From the IMG/VR virus record IMGVR_UViG_3300020187_001966: a stretch of DNA of 64,000 nt; one strand, given 5' to 3'. The position numbers and the translations under genes were made by a program. Positions 25,485-35,248 of this stretch are shown one piece after another. The stretch's first letter is position 1, and each line of letters opens with the position of its first letter. The notes below the pieces were generated by a model. It had not been told where the DNA came from. It ran no database searches and saw only the letters and a program-made list of their open reading frames with translations. Origin of the DNA: a virus. Its lineage: Duplodnaviria > Caudoviricetes.

Positions 25485-27719
25485 ATGTCACAAAACGACC
25501 CAAAAATAGAAGCACTAGTAGAACGCCTATTTCAATTGACTCGAGGGTACAAACATGAATATGTTACACTAGAACATCTACTAGCTATATTGCTGGAAAC
25601 AGAAGAAGTACAGGATATTTTCTATGATATTGACAAAGATCCAAAGGTAACTAGAGATCTAGTTATCACTTATCTAGAAACTGAAGTTGATAGTATTGAC
25701 AAGGAAGAGTTTCAACCACAAAAGACAGTTATGCTAGAGCGTGTGTTTAATCGTGCGTTTACACAAGCAATGTTTAATGGTAGACAGAAACTTGACCCAC
25801 GTGACTTGCTTATTAGTATCTTAACAGAAGAGCAATCGCCATCTGTTGTATTGCTAAATCAACTTGACATTACTAGAGAAGACTTAATCTCATATCTAAC
25901 TAATGAAGCAACTGAAGAAGCAGAAGCTAATACTCGTGATAAACCATTAAAGCAAGAACGTATACTAGAAAAGTTTTGTGACAATCTAAATATGTTAGCT
26001 AATAATGGTGAAATTGATCCTATGATTGGTCGAGAAACTGAGCTTGAGCAACTTGTACAAACTATTGCTAGACGTAAAAAGAACAACGTTATCCTAGTAG
26101 GCGAAAGTGGTGTTGGTAAAACTGCTATTGCTGAAGGACTAGCACATCTAATTAATGAAGATCGTGTTCCGGATGTTATTAAAGACAATACTATCTATAG
26201 TTTGGATATTGGTTCACTACTAGCAGGTACTAAGTTTAGAGGTGACTTTGAAGAACGTCTTAAAGAAGTTTTGGATGTACTAGAGCGCCGTGACGATGCT
26301 ATCTTGTTTATTGATGAGATTCATATGATTATGGGAGCAGGCAGTGCTGGACAAGGAGCAATGGACGTTGCTAACTTACTAAAGCCAGCATTACAAAAAG
26401 GCAAACTACGTTGTATTGGTAGTACAACATATGACGAGTATCGTGAAACCTTTGAAAAAGACAAAGCACTTAATCGTCGTTTTTATAAAGTAGATATTCC
26501 AGAGCCCACAGTGGGGGATGCTAAACGTATTGTACGTGCTGCTATTCCAGCATATGAATTATATCATGAACTAGCATACGACCAAAAGGCATTGGATGGT
26601 GCTGTTGACTTAACACACCAATACTGGCACAACCGTCAGTTACCAGATAAAGCATTTGATGCTCTGGATGCGGCGGCGGCAAGACAAGCATTACTACCAA
26701 TAGAAGATCGTAAGAGTGTACTAGAGCTTGATGACATCCGTTATGAGGTTGCTAAACTAACACGCATTCCAGTAGATCAATTAGTGCTAACAAAAGACAG
26801 TGAGTACAAAACTGAAAAGCCAGTTGATATTGAACGTATTGTTACATCAAAAGTATTTGGACAAGACGAAGCTATTACAAGACTAGCAGATAGTATCTAC
26901 ATTGCTAAAGCAGGACTTAAAGATCCAAACAAACCAGTTGGCAGTTACTTGTTTACAGGACCAACAGGTGTAGGTAAAACAGAAACAGCAAAACAACTTA
27001 GTGATGCTATGAGTATGCCACTTGTACGTTTTGATATGAGTGAATACCAAGAGCGTCATACAGTTGCTAAACTAATTGGTGCGCCTCCAGGATACGTAGG
27101 TTATGGCGAAGGTGGACAAGGCAGTGGGTTGCTGGTAAACAAACTAGAAGAAAATCCAAACTGTATCTTGTTGCTAGATGAGATTGAAAAGGCACACCCA
27201 GATGTAAGTAATGTATTGCTACAACTTATGGACAATGGTATGATTACAAATAGTGAAGGCAAAAGTGTTAGCGCACGTAATGCGATTGTTATCTTAACCA
27301 GTAACTTAGGTGCTAGAGATGCTGAACGTAATACAATTGGGTTTGGTGATAACGATAATACAACAGCAAGTAATGAAGCAGTTAAACGTTTCTTTAGTCC
27401 AGAGTTTCGTAACCGCTTAGACGCAGTTGTACAGTTTAATAAACTAGATAAGACATTAATGAAACAAGTTACTAATAAGTTTATTAAAGAGTTGCGTGAT
27501 ATGTTAACACCACGTGGTGTGGCAATGTCGCATAGTACACAAGTTCTTGATTGGTTAACTGATAATGGATTTACTCCTAGTATGGGAGCAAGACCAATGG
27601 CACGTTTAATTAATGAAAAGATTAAAAAGCCACTTGCTAAAACATTACTATTTGGTAACGACATTACTAAAGTACACCTAGAGATTGTTGATGATGAGAT
27701 TGTGATTCAAACAAGTTAA
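25485..27719 (+). CDS. clpA: ATP-dependent Clp protease ATP-binding subunit ClpA
   Basis: Clp N domain, two AAA+ modules (GESGVGKT, GPTGVGKT), no ClpB coiled-coil M domain, IGF loop NTIGFG. Confidence 0.92.
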   Translation: MSQNDPKIEALVERLFQLTRGYKHEYVTLEHLLAILLETEEVQDIFYDIDKDPKVTRDLVITYLETEVDSIDKEEFQPQKTVMLERVFNRAFTQAMFNGRQKLDPRDLLISILTEEQSPSVVLLNQLDITREDLISYLTNEATEEAEANTRDKPLKQERILEKFCDNLNMLANNGEIDPMIGRETELEQLVQTIARRKKNNVILVGESGVGKTAIAEGLAHLINEDRVPDVIKDNTIYSLDIGSLLAGTKFRGDFEERLKEVLDVLERRDDAILFIDEIHMIMGAGSAGQGAMDVANLLKPALQKGKLRCIGSTTYDEYRETFEKDKALNRRFYKVDIPEPTVGDAKRIVRAAIPAYELYHELAYDQKALDGAVDLTHQYWHNRQLPDKAFDALDAAAARQALLPIEDRKSVLELDDIRYEVAKLTRIPVDQLVLTKDSEYKTEKPVDIERIVTSKVFGQDEAITRLADSIYIAKAGLKDPNKPVGSYLFTGPTGVGKTETAKQLSDAMSMPLVRFDMSEYQERHTVAKLIGAPPGYVGYGEGGQGSGLLVNKLEENPNCILLLDEIEKAHPDVSNVLLQLMDNGMITNSEGKSVSARNAIVILTSNLGARDAERNTIGFGDNDNTTASNEAVKRFFSPEFRNRLDAVVQFNKLDKTLMKQVTNKFIKELRDMLTPRGVAMSHSTQVLDWLTDNGFTPSMGARPMARLINEKIKKPLAKTLLFGNDITKVHLEIVDDEIVIQTS

Positions 27720-27759
27720 CCCCGTTTCTAATAAATACTACTATAACAGGAGTATTAAA

Positions 27760-27924
27760 ATGGCACACTTAAATGAAACACACTTTGTTGTAAAAGTAAG
27801 TGAACTACTACGAGATAACCAAGAAGCACATACAATTCTTGATGAGGAAACAATAAATAGTATTGAGCAAGTCATCCAGGAATTAGCGGGTGCAGGTAAA
27901 GTAGTAGAAATTATAAAAGAATGA
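27760..27924 (+). CDS. Small late protein (54 aa, not in track)
   Basis: TAAATA plus AGGAG; MAHLNETHFVVKVSEL...GKVVEIIKE*. Confidence 0.7.
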   Translation: MAHLNETHFVVKVSELLRDNQEAHTILDEETINSIEQVIQELAGAGKVVEIIKE

Positions 27925-28331
27925 GTACAACAAGTATTAATATATTACCAAGCCAGGCAGTTTTAAGCTACACTGGTGATAAAGTCAAAGCAGATGGTTA
28001 TTATGGCCAAACTGATGGGCTACACACAATCTCGGCAAGAGTAACAAACTTTGTAGGCAGGATTTATTTGGAGGGCAGTTTAGCAACTGACCCTACCAAT
28101 ACTGATTGGTTTCCAATTTACTTAACTAGTGGACAAAGCTACAGACAGTATCCAGTTTTAGCTGCACCAAGTGGAGTAAACAACCTAGGAGATACAACTA
28201 CAGAAGCATGGACGTTCCGTTCAAATTTACTTTGGATTAGAGCCCGTGTTGATCGTAGTTATATTGATCCAGCCCCAACTTATGACGTTGCACTACATGG
28301 TACAGTGGATAAGATTCTCCTAAACCTATAA
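27921..28331 (+). CDS. Putative virion structural protein
   Basis: DGYYGQTDGLHT, late cluster. Confidence 0.6.
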   Translation: MSTTSINILPSQAVLSYTGDKVKADGYYGQTDGLHTISARVTNFVGRIYLEGSLATDPTNTDWFPIYLTSGQSYRQYPVLAAPSGVNNLGDTTTEAWTFRSNLLWIRARVDRSYIDPAPTYDVALHGTVDKILLNL

Positions 28332-28361
28332 ATAGTATATAATACAATTAACAGTTTAGGA
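28318..28361 (+). promoter_or_regulatory. Late promoter TATAAATA inside an RBS-covering 8-bp stem
   Basis: TCCTAAAC/GTTTAGGA. Confidence 0.6.
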
Positions 28362-28368
28362 ACGATCA

Positions 28369-29298
28369 ATGCCAATATATGCACAAAGCTCAACATTACG
28401 ATCATTATTGATTCCTTTAGTAGACATCGATCAAACAACGATTGCAAATGAAGACCTCCTGCAATACAACTCTACTACGGGAAAGTTTGAAAACAAACCG
28501 CTATCCAGCGGTGGCGCCGCCGTCATTACTACAGCAAGTAATGTTGGCACAGGTGCTACGGTATTCAAACAAAAGACTCTTCAAAATTTAGAATTTAAAT
28601 CAATTACAGCGGGTGCTGGTATCACATTAGTGGCTAATGCCAACGATGTAGAAATTAGCTCTACGGGGGTGCTTGATACTGCCAGTAATTTAGGCGCAGG
28701 TCAAGAAGTATTCAGCAGCAAGGTTGCTGGAGACTTTCAGTTTAGAACGATAAACGAAGGTATAGGTAATATTAACTTTACTGTATCAACTGTTGCTAAT
28801 GAAATAAGATTTGTTAACACTGCTGAAATTAATACTGCCAGTAACAGAGGCGGCGGCGCAACATTATTTGCTGCGAAAACCGGAGCTGATTTAGAGTTTA
28901 AAAGTATTATAGCTGGTAATAACATAACAGTCACAAGTGATGCTAATGAAGTTACTATTAACAGTCAAGCACAGATACAAGATTCATCTGCTTACCAAAT
29001 TACAGCAGCATTTGACGGTAATGGTAACTTACAATCAATTAGTGATTTGCCAGCAGGATGGACAAGCGCAGTTGTTGGTAACAAAGCAACTATAACACAC
29101 ACTGAAAACAAGATGGTTAAAAACATAACTTATTGGGGCAAAGATGCCACACTGGGATGGCAGCTACGTTTTCCAAACGCTGGTTTCCAAGCTACTGTGC
29201 CAGTTGGTTCAGAGAATAGTAAGTTTATTGTTGACCTTAACGCTAGTGTGGCAGGAGCCGATACGAGTAGTACAGCAAAAATAAATGTGATCTTCTAA
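28369..29298 (+). CDS. Fibre/baseplate-like protein with three ~48-aa repeats
   Basis: TASNxGxG..F..K....(L/F)(E/Q)F(K/R)(S/T)I repeated three times. Confidence 0.65.
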   Translation: MPIYAQSSTLRSLLIPLVDIDQTTIANEDLLQYNSTTGKFENKPLSSGGAAVITTASNVGTGATVFKQKTLQNLEFKSITAGAGITLVANANDVEISSTGVLDTASNLGAGQEVFSSKVAGDFQFRTINEGIGNINFTVSTVANEIRFVNTAEINTASNRGGGATLFAAKTGADLEFKSIIAGNNITVTSDANEVTINSQAQIQDSSAYQITAAFDGNGNLQSISDLPAGWTSAVVGNKATITHTENKMVKNITYWGKDATLGWQLRFPNAGFQATVPVGSENSKFIVDLNASVAGADTSSTAKINVIF

Positions 29299-29299
29299 T

Positions 29300-31300
29300 A
29301 TGAGCTTAATTAAGCCACCCAAGTTATTACCAATCCGCTTCAATTTAATTAGCATTGCGGATCCCGACGCTGCAGGGCGGGAGTATCGCTATAATGCGTC
29401 ACTATCACTTATTAATCCACAAACACACAGTGATAGTACACAAGGTAGTTTTTACAACTTAACTGACTTAAATGTTGGTGACTATGTAAGTACTAATGGC
29501 GGCGGTAAGATACTCAAAGTTGTCGACATTACGGCACAAACAAGTCAAAATGCGACTATTATCGCAGAAGATGAACTAAGATTAAACCAACAACAAGACA
29601 CAAGTGGTAACTCACAAGGATACATTCCTAGTAGTGAAGGCATTGTATTTGAAGTTAGTGAAGGACGTCCAATCCTTTTTCCATACACGCAATACAGTGA
29701 ATCAATTGTTGGATTTATTAAAACAGCGGCTGCTGAGATTATTAGTAAGTTTTCCTACTTACGTCAAGACAAATTAATAAGCATTGAGCAAGCAGGTAGC
29801 ATAGCACTAGGACTGGCTGTTGGTGACATTGTTACATGGGACGATACTACTAATCTTTGGAAACTACTAACTGCAACTGATACAGCTTGTGGTGTTGTGG
29901 TTGAGACTGCTAATCCTGTTCCAAACGCATTTAGAATTAACCCATTTGGTGATACAATTGATATTGATTTGCCAGATGATGGAAGTGGCAACTTATATTA
30001 CTACTGGGATACAGCTAATCCTGGCAAATTAACACAAACAATACCAGTTGGGCAAAAACCATCACCAGTCTTCTTAAAAATAGATAACAAAAAAGCAATA
30101 CATTTTGATGGTGCTATTGTTATCGCCCCAACTAATATAGTTACAATAGACACTACTCAGACAATCACTGGCAAAAAGACATTTGCCAACACTACAATAT
30201 TTGAACAAACTATAACAGTGGCTGGTGATATTGAAGCAGATAGTGATTTAACAGTAGACGGCAACACGGCACTCAACGGCACACTTGATGTTACTGGAAT
30301 TAGTACACTTGGTGTACTTGGTGCTGGAGAAACAACACTAACAAGTGCCACAGTAAGTGACTTAACCGACAACCGCATTGTTATTGCGGGAGTAGATGGC
30401 GCCATTGAAGACGACGCTAATCTAACATTCGATGGCACAGATTTAACTCTTGGTGCTAACACTAATTTACTAGTAGGTGGAAATGTAGGTATTACTGGAA
30501 ACTTAGTAATTTCAGGTGAAACTACAACTGTAAACACAACTAATACTGTTGTAACTGATCAGCTAATTGAACTTAATCAAGGTTATGCTGGTCCGCCAAT
30601 GTCTGCTGACAGTGGTATTGTTATTAACCGTGGACCAGAAGACAACGTGTTTGTTGGTTGGGATGAAACATCAAATGAATTTACTGTTGGTACTGGGACA
30701 TTTAACGGCTCTTCAACTGGAACGTTAATTACTTTTGATGCTAATGTACGGTTTGCTGGTATCAAAAGCAGTACACTAACTGATAATAGAATACTAATTT
30801 CTGGTGCCAATGGCATCATTGAAGACGATACTAACCTTACTTGGGATGGCACAGATTTAAGTGTAACTGGTGCTGGTGTAGCTTTTACAACTGGTAAAAT
30901 TGGTGTTGGTAACCAACTTAGTGCTAATGTAGATCATACTATGTATGTACTATACGCAGCAACTACAGACGCAACACCAACTCAGTTAAATCTAAGTGTG
31001 GGCGTATCTAAAATAGCAATTGCAATTAATACTACAATGCAGTTTGAAGCAACTATTGTTGGAAGACAAACTGGCGGTACAACACATTGTAGTTATAAGA
31101 TCACTGGTGTTATTGATAATCCTGGTGGTACTGCTACTTTAGTTAATACAGTAACAGAAACTATTTTAGCAGAAGATGAAGAAAGTTGGGTCGCCACAGC
31201 AGCACCAACAGGTGAAAGTCTAACTATAACAGTAACTGGCGAGGCGGCAACGAATATTCGTTGGGTTGCCTTTGTTAAAACTACAAGTATTTCATTCTAA
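29300..31300 (+). CDS. Tail fibre/baseplate-like structural protein
   Basis: Thr/Gly-rich; duplicated LTDNRI.I.G..G.IEDD.NLT.DGTDL. Confidence 0.65.
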   Translation: MSLIKPPKLLPIRFNLISIADPDAAGREYRYNASLSLINPQTHSDSTQGSFYNLTDLNVGDYVSTNGGGKILKVVDITAQTSQNATIIAEDELRLNQQQDTSGNSQGYIPSSEGIVFEVSEGRPILFPYTQYSESIVGFIKTAAAEIISKFSYLRQDKLISIEQAGSIALGLAVGDIVTWDDTTNLWKLLTATDTACGVVVETANPVPNAFRINPFGDTIDIDLPDDGSGNLYYYWDTANPGKLTQTIPVGQKPSPVFLKIDNKKAIHFDGAIVIAPTNIVTIDTTQTITGKKTFANTTIFEQTITVAGDIEADSDLTVDGNTALNGTLDVTGISTLGVLGAGETTLTSATVSDLTDNRIVIAGVDGAIEDDANLTFDGTDLTLGANTNLLVGGNVGITGNLVISGETTTVNTTNTVVTDQLIELNQGYAGPPMSADSGIVINRGPEDNVFVGWDETSNEFTVGTGTFNGSSTGTLITFDANVRFAGIKSSTLTDNRILISGANGIIEDDTNLTWDGTDLSVTGAGVAFTTGKIGVGNQLSANVDHTMYVLYAATTDATPTQLNLSVGVSKIAIAINTTMQFEATIVGRQTGGTTHCSYKITGVIDNPGGTATLVNTVTETILAEDEESWVATAAPTGESLTITVTGEAATNIRWVAFVKTTSISF

Positions 31301-31357
31301 TCGGATAAATAAATGTAGGCGGATATATAACCGCACTAATTTTTTAGGAGAAAAGCA

Positions 31358-31639
31358 ATGGCTTTAACAACAACAGCAACAACAAAAGCAGGCAACGGCT
31401 TAGGTTCAAGAACAACAGTACTAGTAACAGACGCAGCAGTAGCAGACGCAGCTGGAGCGGCAGCAATTGAAGCGGCACTAACAGTAGACGGCGGAACAGT
31501 AGCAGGTATCGCAGGAACAGCAAACGGCGGCGGTGTTATGCACTTCGCAGTACAAGGCGGACCAGACGTTTCAGCTTACTCAGCTACAGTAAAAGGACAA
31601 GCACTTAGTGCAGTAGTTACTTTTGAAGCAGACGCATAA
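31358..31639 (+). CDS. Small Ala/Gly-rich virion protein
   Basis: TAAATA, AGGAG, strongly biased codons (high expression). Confidence 0.65.
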   Translation: MALTTTATTKAGNGLGSRTTVLVTDAAVADAAGAAAIEAALTVDGGTVAGIAGTANGGGVMHFAVQGGPDVSAYSATVKGQALSAVVTFEADA

Positions 31640-31664
31640 GTTACTTAGTTAACTGACAGAGATT

Positions 31665-31697
31665 AAAAGCCTCGCTATCATTAGCGGGGCTTTTTTT
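31665..31697 (+). terminator. Intrinsic terminator
   Basis: AAAAGCCTCGCTA-tcat-TAGCGGGGCTTTTTTT. Confidence 0.8.
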
Positions 31698-31734
31698 ATA
31701 TAAATACGTGTATACAAACATAGGAGTTATTATT

Positions 31735-32061
31735 ATGGTAACAAGAAATTCAACAAACAAAATCGAATTTAATACACAAGAATGGGGTGCTCCAGTATCA
31801 TACTTTACTATTGATACAGGTGCTTCATTAGCAACAGAAACTAATCCAGGCGAAGCAGTAGAAGCTATTGTAGAACTTATTGCTCGTAAAGGTACAATTT
31901 TAGCCATGGGAGCAGAATTAACTGGTGCGTTTCGTGTAGCAATTGAAAACAATGCTTGGTCAGCAGGAAATTTACAAACTGAACTACAAGGACTAGGCGC
32001 AACAGTAGGTGTAAACAACTACGACTGTTCAGGCGCTACAGTAGCAGACTTTACATTTTAA
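31735..32061 (+). CDS. Small virion protein
   Basis: TATAAATA 31699-31706, AGGAG SD. Confidence 0.65.
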   Translation: MVTRNSTNKIEFNTQEWGAPVSYFTIDTGASLATETNPGEAVEAIVELIARKGTILAMGAELTGAFRVAIENNAWSAGNLQTELQGLGATVGVNNYDCSGATVADFTF

Positions 32062-32089
32062 ATCAGTGAGAGAGACAGAGGAAATTTAA

Positions 32090-32557
32090 ATGCCAAGAAA
32101 AAAACCTGAGCAACTCAAATCAGCTGGAGCAACACCTGCTCCAACACCAACACCGGTAGCACCTGCTCCAGTAGCACCAACACCAGTAGCAACAGCACCG
32201 GTAATACCAGTACAAGCACCAGTAGCACAAGCACCAGGTGTTTATCATCCAGCAGACACTAACGGAGACGGTAAAGTATCTGATGAAGAACTAGCAATGC
32301 ACTTAGAGTTCAAACGTAAAGAATTTGAAGACGCAGATGCGATGCGTGATGCGCAACGTAAAATGGCTTGGTTTGCTTTAATGGGGATGTTACTATATCC
32401 TTTTGCTGTTGTATTAGCAGTACTAGCAAACTTAGATCAAGCTGCTACAGTGTTAGGTAATATGGCCGCTACATACTTTGTATCAGTTGCCGCTATCGTT
32501 GCTGCGTTCTTTGGTGGACAAGCATATGCTGGTAAATCAAGTAGTAAGAAAAGATAA
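32090..32557 (+). CDS. Membrane protein with Pro/Ala linker, EF-hand-like loop and two TM helices (holin-like)
   Basis: DTNGDGKVSDEE; two hydrophobic helices; basic tail. Confidence 0.6.
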   Translation: MPRKKPEQLKSAGATPAPTPTPVAPAPVAPTPVATAPVIPVQAPVAQAPGVYHPADTNGDGKVSDEELAMHLEFKRKEFEDADAMRDAQRKMAWFALMGMLLYPFAVVLAVLANLDQAATVLGNMAATYFVSVAAIVAAFFGGQAYAGKSSSKKR

Positions 32558-32560
32558 CAC

Positions 32561-33121
32561 ATGCAAGACTTTTATATCCTTCAACGTACACCTACAGCAC
32601 TAAACAGTGAACAAGCAAAAAAATGGTTTTATACTATTGAGATGCTTGGTCCAGAAGGCATTATGGCTGGTGATGACGACACAACAACAAACTTAATGCT
32701 AGGTATGCAAGATGAACAATATGTATACATACTACCATTGGTAAGACATCTTACTGGCAATGAAGCAGAACGTATTGTTGAAGGATATATGCGTGTTACT
32801 GAACATGACTTTGAAATAGAAACCAGCAACGTATATCGTGCGGATGCTGATTTTGGACACCCATTTGAATACGATATTAATATCGAAGAAGATGCTAGAC
32901 TAACATTATATAACTCAATGGCACGCCAACACCACAATAGTTGGATACAAGAGCGTCAGCAAAATGGATGGCGCTTTGGTCTTAATTTAGACTTAACAGA
33001 AAAAACACACCCAGCAATGCGTCCTTGGGATGACCTACCAGAAAGCTATCAACAACGGATGGCTGTAAAAGATAAAGAGCTTGTAGACTTTTACGCAAAA
33101 AATAAATCACAATTTACTTGA
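32561..33121 (+). CDS. Protein with C-terminal RyR (ryanodine receptor repeat) domain
   Basis: HHNSWIQERQQNGWRFG...KTHPAMRPWDDLPE. Confidence 0.7.
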   Translation: MQDFYILQRTPTALNSEQAKKWFYTIEMLGPEGIMAGDDDTTTNLMLGMQDEQYVYILPLVRHLTGNEAERIVEGYMRVTEHDFEIETSNVYRADADFGHPFEYDINIEEDARLTLYNSMARQHHNSWIQERQQNGWRFGLNLDLTEKTHPAMRPWDDLPESYQQRMAVKDKELVDFYAKNKSQFT

Positions 33122-33146
33122 CAACCAAGACGGCTTACTGTATAGT
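33118..33146 (+). promoter_or_regulatory. Conserved early promoter, copy 3
   Basis: TTGACA-ACCAAGACGGCTTACTG-TATAGT. Confidence 0.8.
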
Positions 33147-33173
33147 AAGGACATATACATTCAGGAGAATCTT

Positions 33174-33452
33174 ATGTCAAACAATATGCCAGCCTACATT
33201 GTCACTAACCCTTGCTTAACCGGATTGCACACCAGCAAAGTGTTAACAAAACAAGAATATGCGTCTGCCCAAGAAATTTGGGGTAAGCAAGCATTTGTTG
33301 TTGCGCCTTTCTCAGAATCATTGTATAATACATTGTATGCGCAATTTACACAGTCAAAAGAATTTATCCACAACTTGCTACCTAAAATGAATTCTCCGCA
33401 GTTTATTGCTGCTCACCGCAAATTTTATAATAAAGTAACGCAAAATGTTTAA
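33174..33452 (+). CDS. Hypothetical protein
   Basis: AGGAG SD. Confidence 0.65.
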   Translation: MSNNMPAYIVTNPCLTGLHTSKVLTKQEYASAQEIWGKQAFVVAPFSESLYNTLYAQFTQSKEFIHNLLPKMNSPQFIAAHRKFYNKVTQNV

Positions 33453-34509
33453 TCAAAATCTAAATCGTATCGGGTTTGCGTGTAAATACATGCACCCGGA
33501 CCAAACGCAAAAGCCAAAGATACTTAAAGAAATACAGTCTAAGTATACAGAGCGTAGTACAACTATCACATGGCTTAACCGACAAACTCGTGAGGTAGCA
33601 GAGCAACGCTTATATGAGATTGCTTTTGATAACGTTACTAACTTAGAAAGGTTAATTAGATATGTTGGAAATTTACCAGAACAATTACGTATGGTACGTA
33701 TCGGGTCAAATTTGTTGCCTGCTTATACTCATGGTGATTGGGCTTATTTCTATAGGGAGCCAAGTCTCCAAGCACGGCTCGAGCGAGCATACTCGAGTGT
33801 TGGCGAAATTGCACGTGAGCTTGATGTACGCTTGTCTATGCATCCTGGTCAGTTTACCGTTCTTGCTTCCGATAATCCAGATGTTGTTGAGCGTAGTTTA
33901 GAGGAGTTTGAATACCATGCGGATATCATCAGGTGGATGGGTTACGGTCAGAAGTGGCAAGACTTCAAGTGTAACGTCCACATCTCCGGTAGACAAGGTC
34001 CAGCCGGTATCAAAGCCATCCTTCCAAGACTGTCTACAGAAGCAAGAAACTGTATCACTATCGAAAACGAAGAAAACGCCTGGGGACTCGACGCAACGCT
34101 AGAACTAGAAAAAGATGTTGCTCTTGTACTCGATATCCATCATCATTGGGTGAACAGTGGCGGTGAATATATTAGACCCGACGATGACAGAGTAAAACGT
34201 ATTATTGATAGTTGGCGTGGTGTTCGTCCTGCGATGCACTACAGTGTTAGTCGTGAAGATTTATTGCTTGAACACTCTAGAACACACAAGCCAGACTTTC
34301 CAGAACTTGAAGAGCAAGGCTTTAAGAAGGGAAAACTAAGAGCGCATTCAGACTATTTGTGGAATGATGCTGTAAATGACTGGGCACTCTCACATTGGCA
34401 GTGGGCTGATATTATGGTAGAAGCAAAATGTAAAAACTTAGCAAGTAACCAACTACTACAGCGTCATTTTATGAATACTGATGCGTTTACTGGAAAGATT
34501 GCAGCATGA
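33445..34509 (+). CDS. uvsE: UV damage endonuclease UvsE/UvdE
   Basis: RIGFACK, RLSMHPGQFTVL, TIENEE, LVLDIHHH, HYS, AHSD, MVEAK. Confidence 0.9.
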   Translation: MFNQNLNRIGFACKYMHPDQTQKPKILKEIQSKYTERSTTITWLNRQTREVAEQRLYEIAFDNVTNLERLIRYVGNLPEQLRMVRIGSNLLPAYTHGDWAYFYREPSLQARLERAYSSVGEIARELDVRLSMHPGQFTVLASDNPDVVERSLEEFEYHADIIRWMGYGQKWQDFKCNVHISGRQGPAGIKAILPRLSTEARNCITIENEENAWGLDATLELEKDVALVLDIHHHWVNSGGEYIRPDDDRVKRIIDSWRGVRPAMHYSVSREDLLLEHSRTHKPDFPELEEQGFKKGKLRAHSDYLWNDAVNDWALSHWQWADIMVEAKCKNLASNQLLQRHFMNTDAFTGKIAA

Positions 34510-35240
34510 GAGACCACGAACTAAATGATAATGATTTGCAAGAATTCTCAACTGCTGAACATAAATTTAAATGTGTCCCTAATCAAACTAGCAACTATGA
34601 TGTTTTTAGATTAGCAAATCCTCAACTTACTGATGGCAGTACATTTGCTATTTGGGATTATTACCGTACACTGTTTATTAATGCAAAACTAACTGGCGAA
34701 GGTCTATCAAGTTTCCGTCAGACACTACAGCGTTTTATTGAAAGCAAGCCATATAAAGATGATGTAGAAGCAACTGATAGAGCAAATGATATTAATCGTT
34801 ACATTGGACTAGCACGTTGGCTTGAGTTACAATTCAATGTAGATACTACTATTGACCAACTTAGTGAAAGTTGGGACAGACAACGACTAGAAAAAGAATC
34901 AAGACGTATTCAGGGTACAATACCATTTAATAACTATGTTAGTTACTTTACAAAAGACCCACAACAAAAATTAAAAGATCCAAAAGATTACGACACTCGT
35001 AAATTACTTGTACGTAGTGTGTATGCGTATACTCACAAACAAATTCGTTGGTATATTTGTGCAAGTGAATATGGTGCTGTAAAAGTTTGGGTACATACAA
35101 AGCATAATCCATTTATAGACTGGTTTGAAAATCGTATTAACAATGGCGTAGAAATTAATGTTGTTACTAGTAAAATATTGTGTAACATTGATGACTCTAC
35201 ACCTTATATTAAGATAGAAAATTTCTTTGTAGACAACTAA
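34506..35240 (+). CDS. Hypothetical protein
   Basis: Coupled overlap, 244 aa. Confidence 0.65.
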   Translation: MRDHELNDNDLQEFSTAEHKFKCVPNQTSNYDVFRLANPQLTDGSTFAIWDYYRTLFINAKLTGEGLSSFRQTLQRFIESKPYKDDVEATDRANDINRYIGLARWLELQFNVDTTIDQLSESWDRQRLEKESRRIQGTIPFNNYVSYFTKDPQQKLKDPKDYDTRKLLVRSVYAYTHKQIRWYICASEYGAVKVWVHTKHNPFIDWFENRINNGVEINVVTSKILCNIDDSTPYIKIENFFVDN

Positions 35241-35248
35241 ATATTCAC

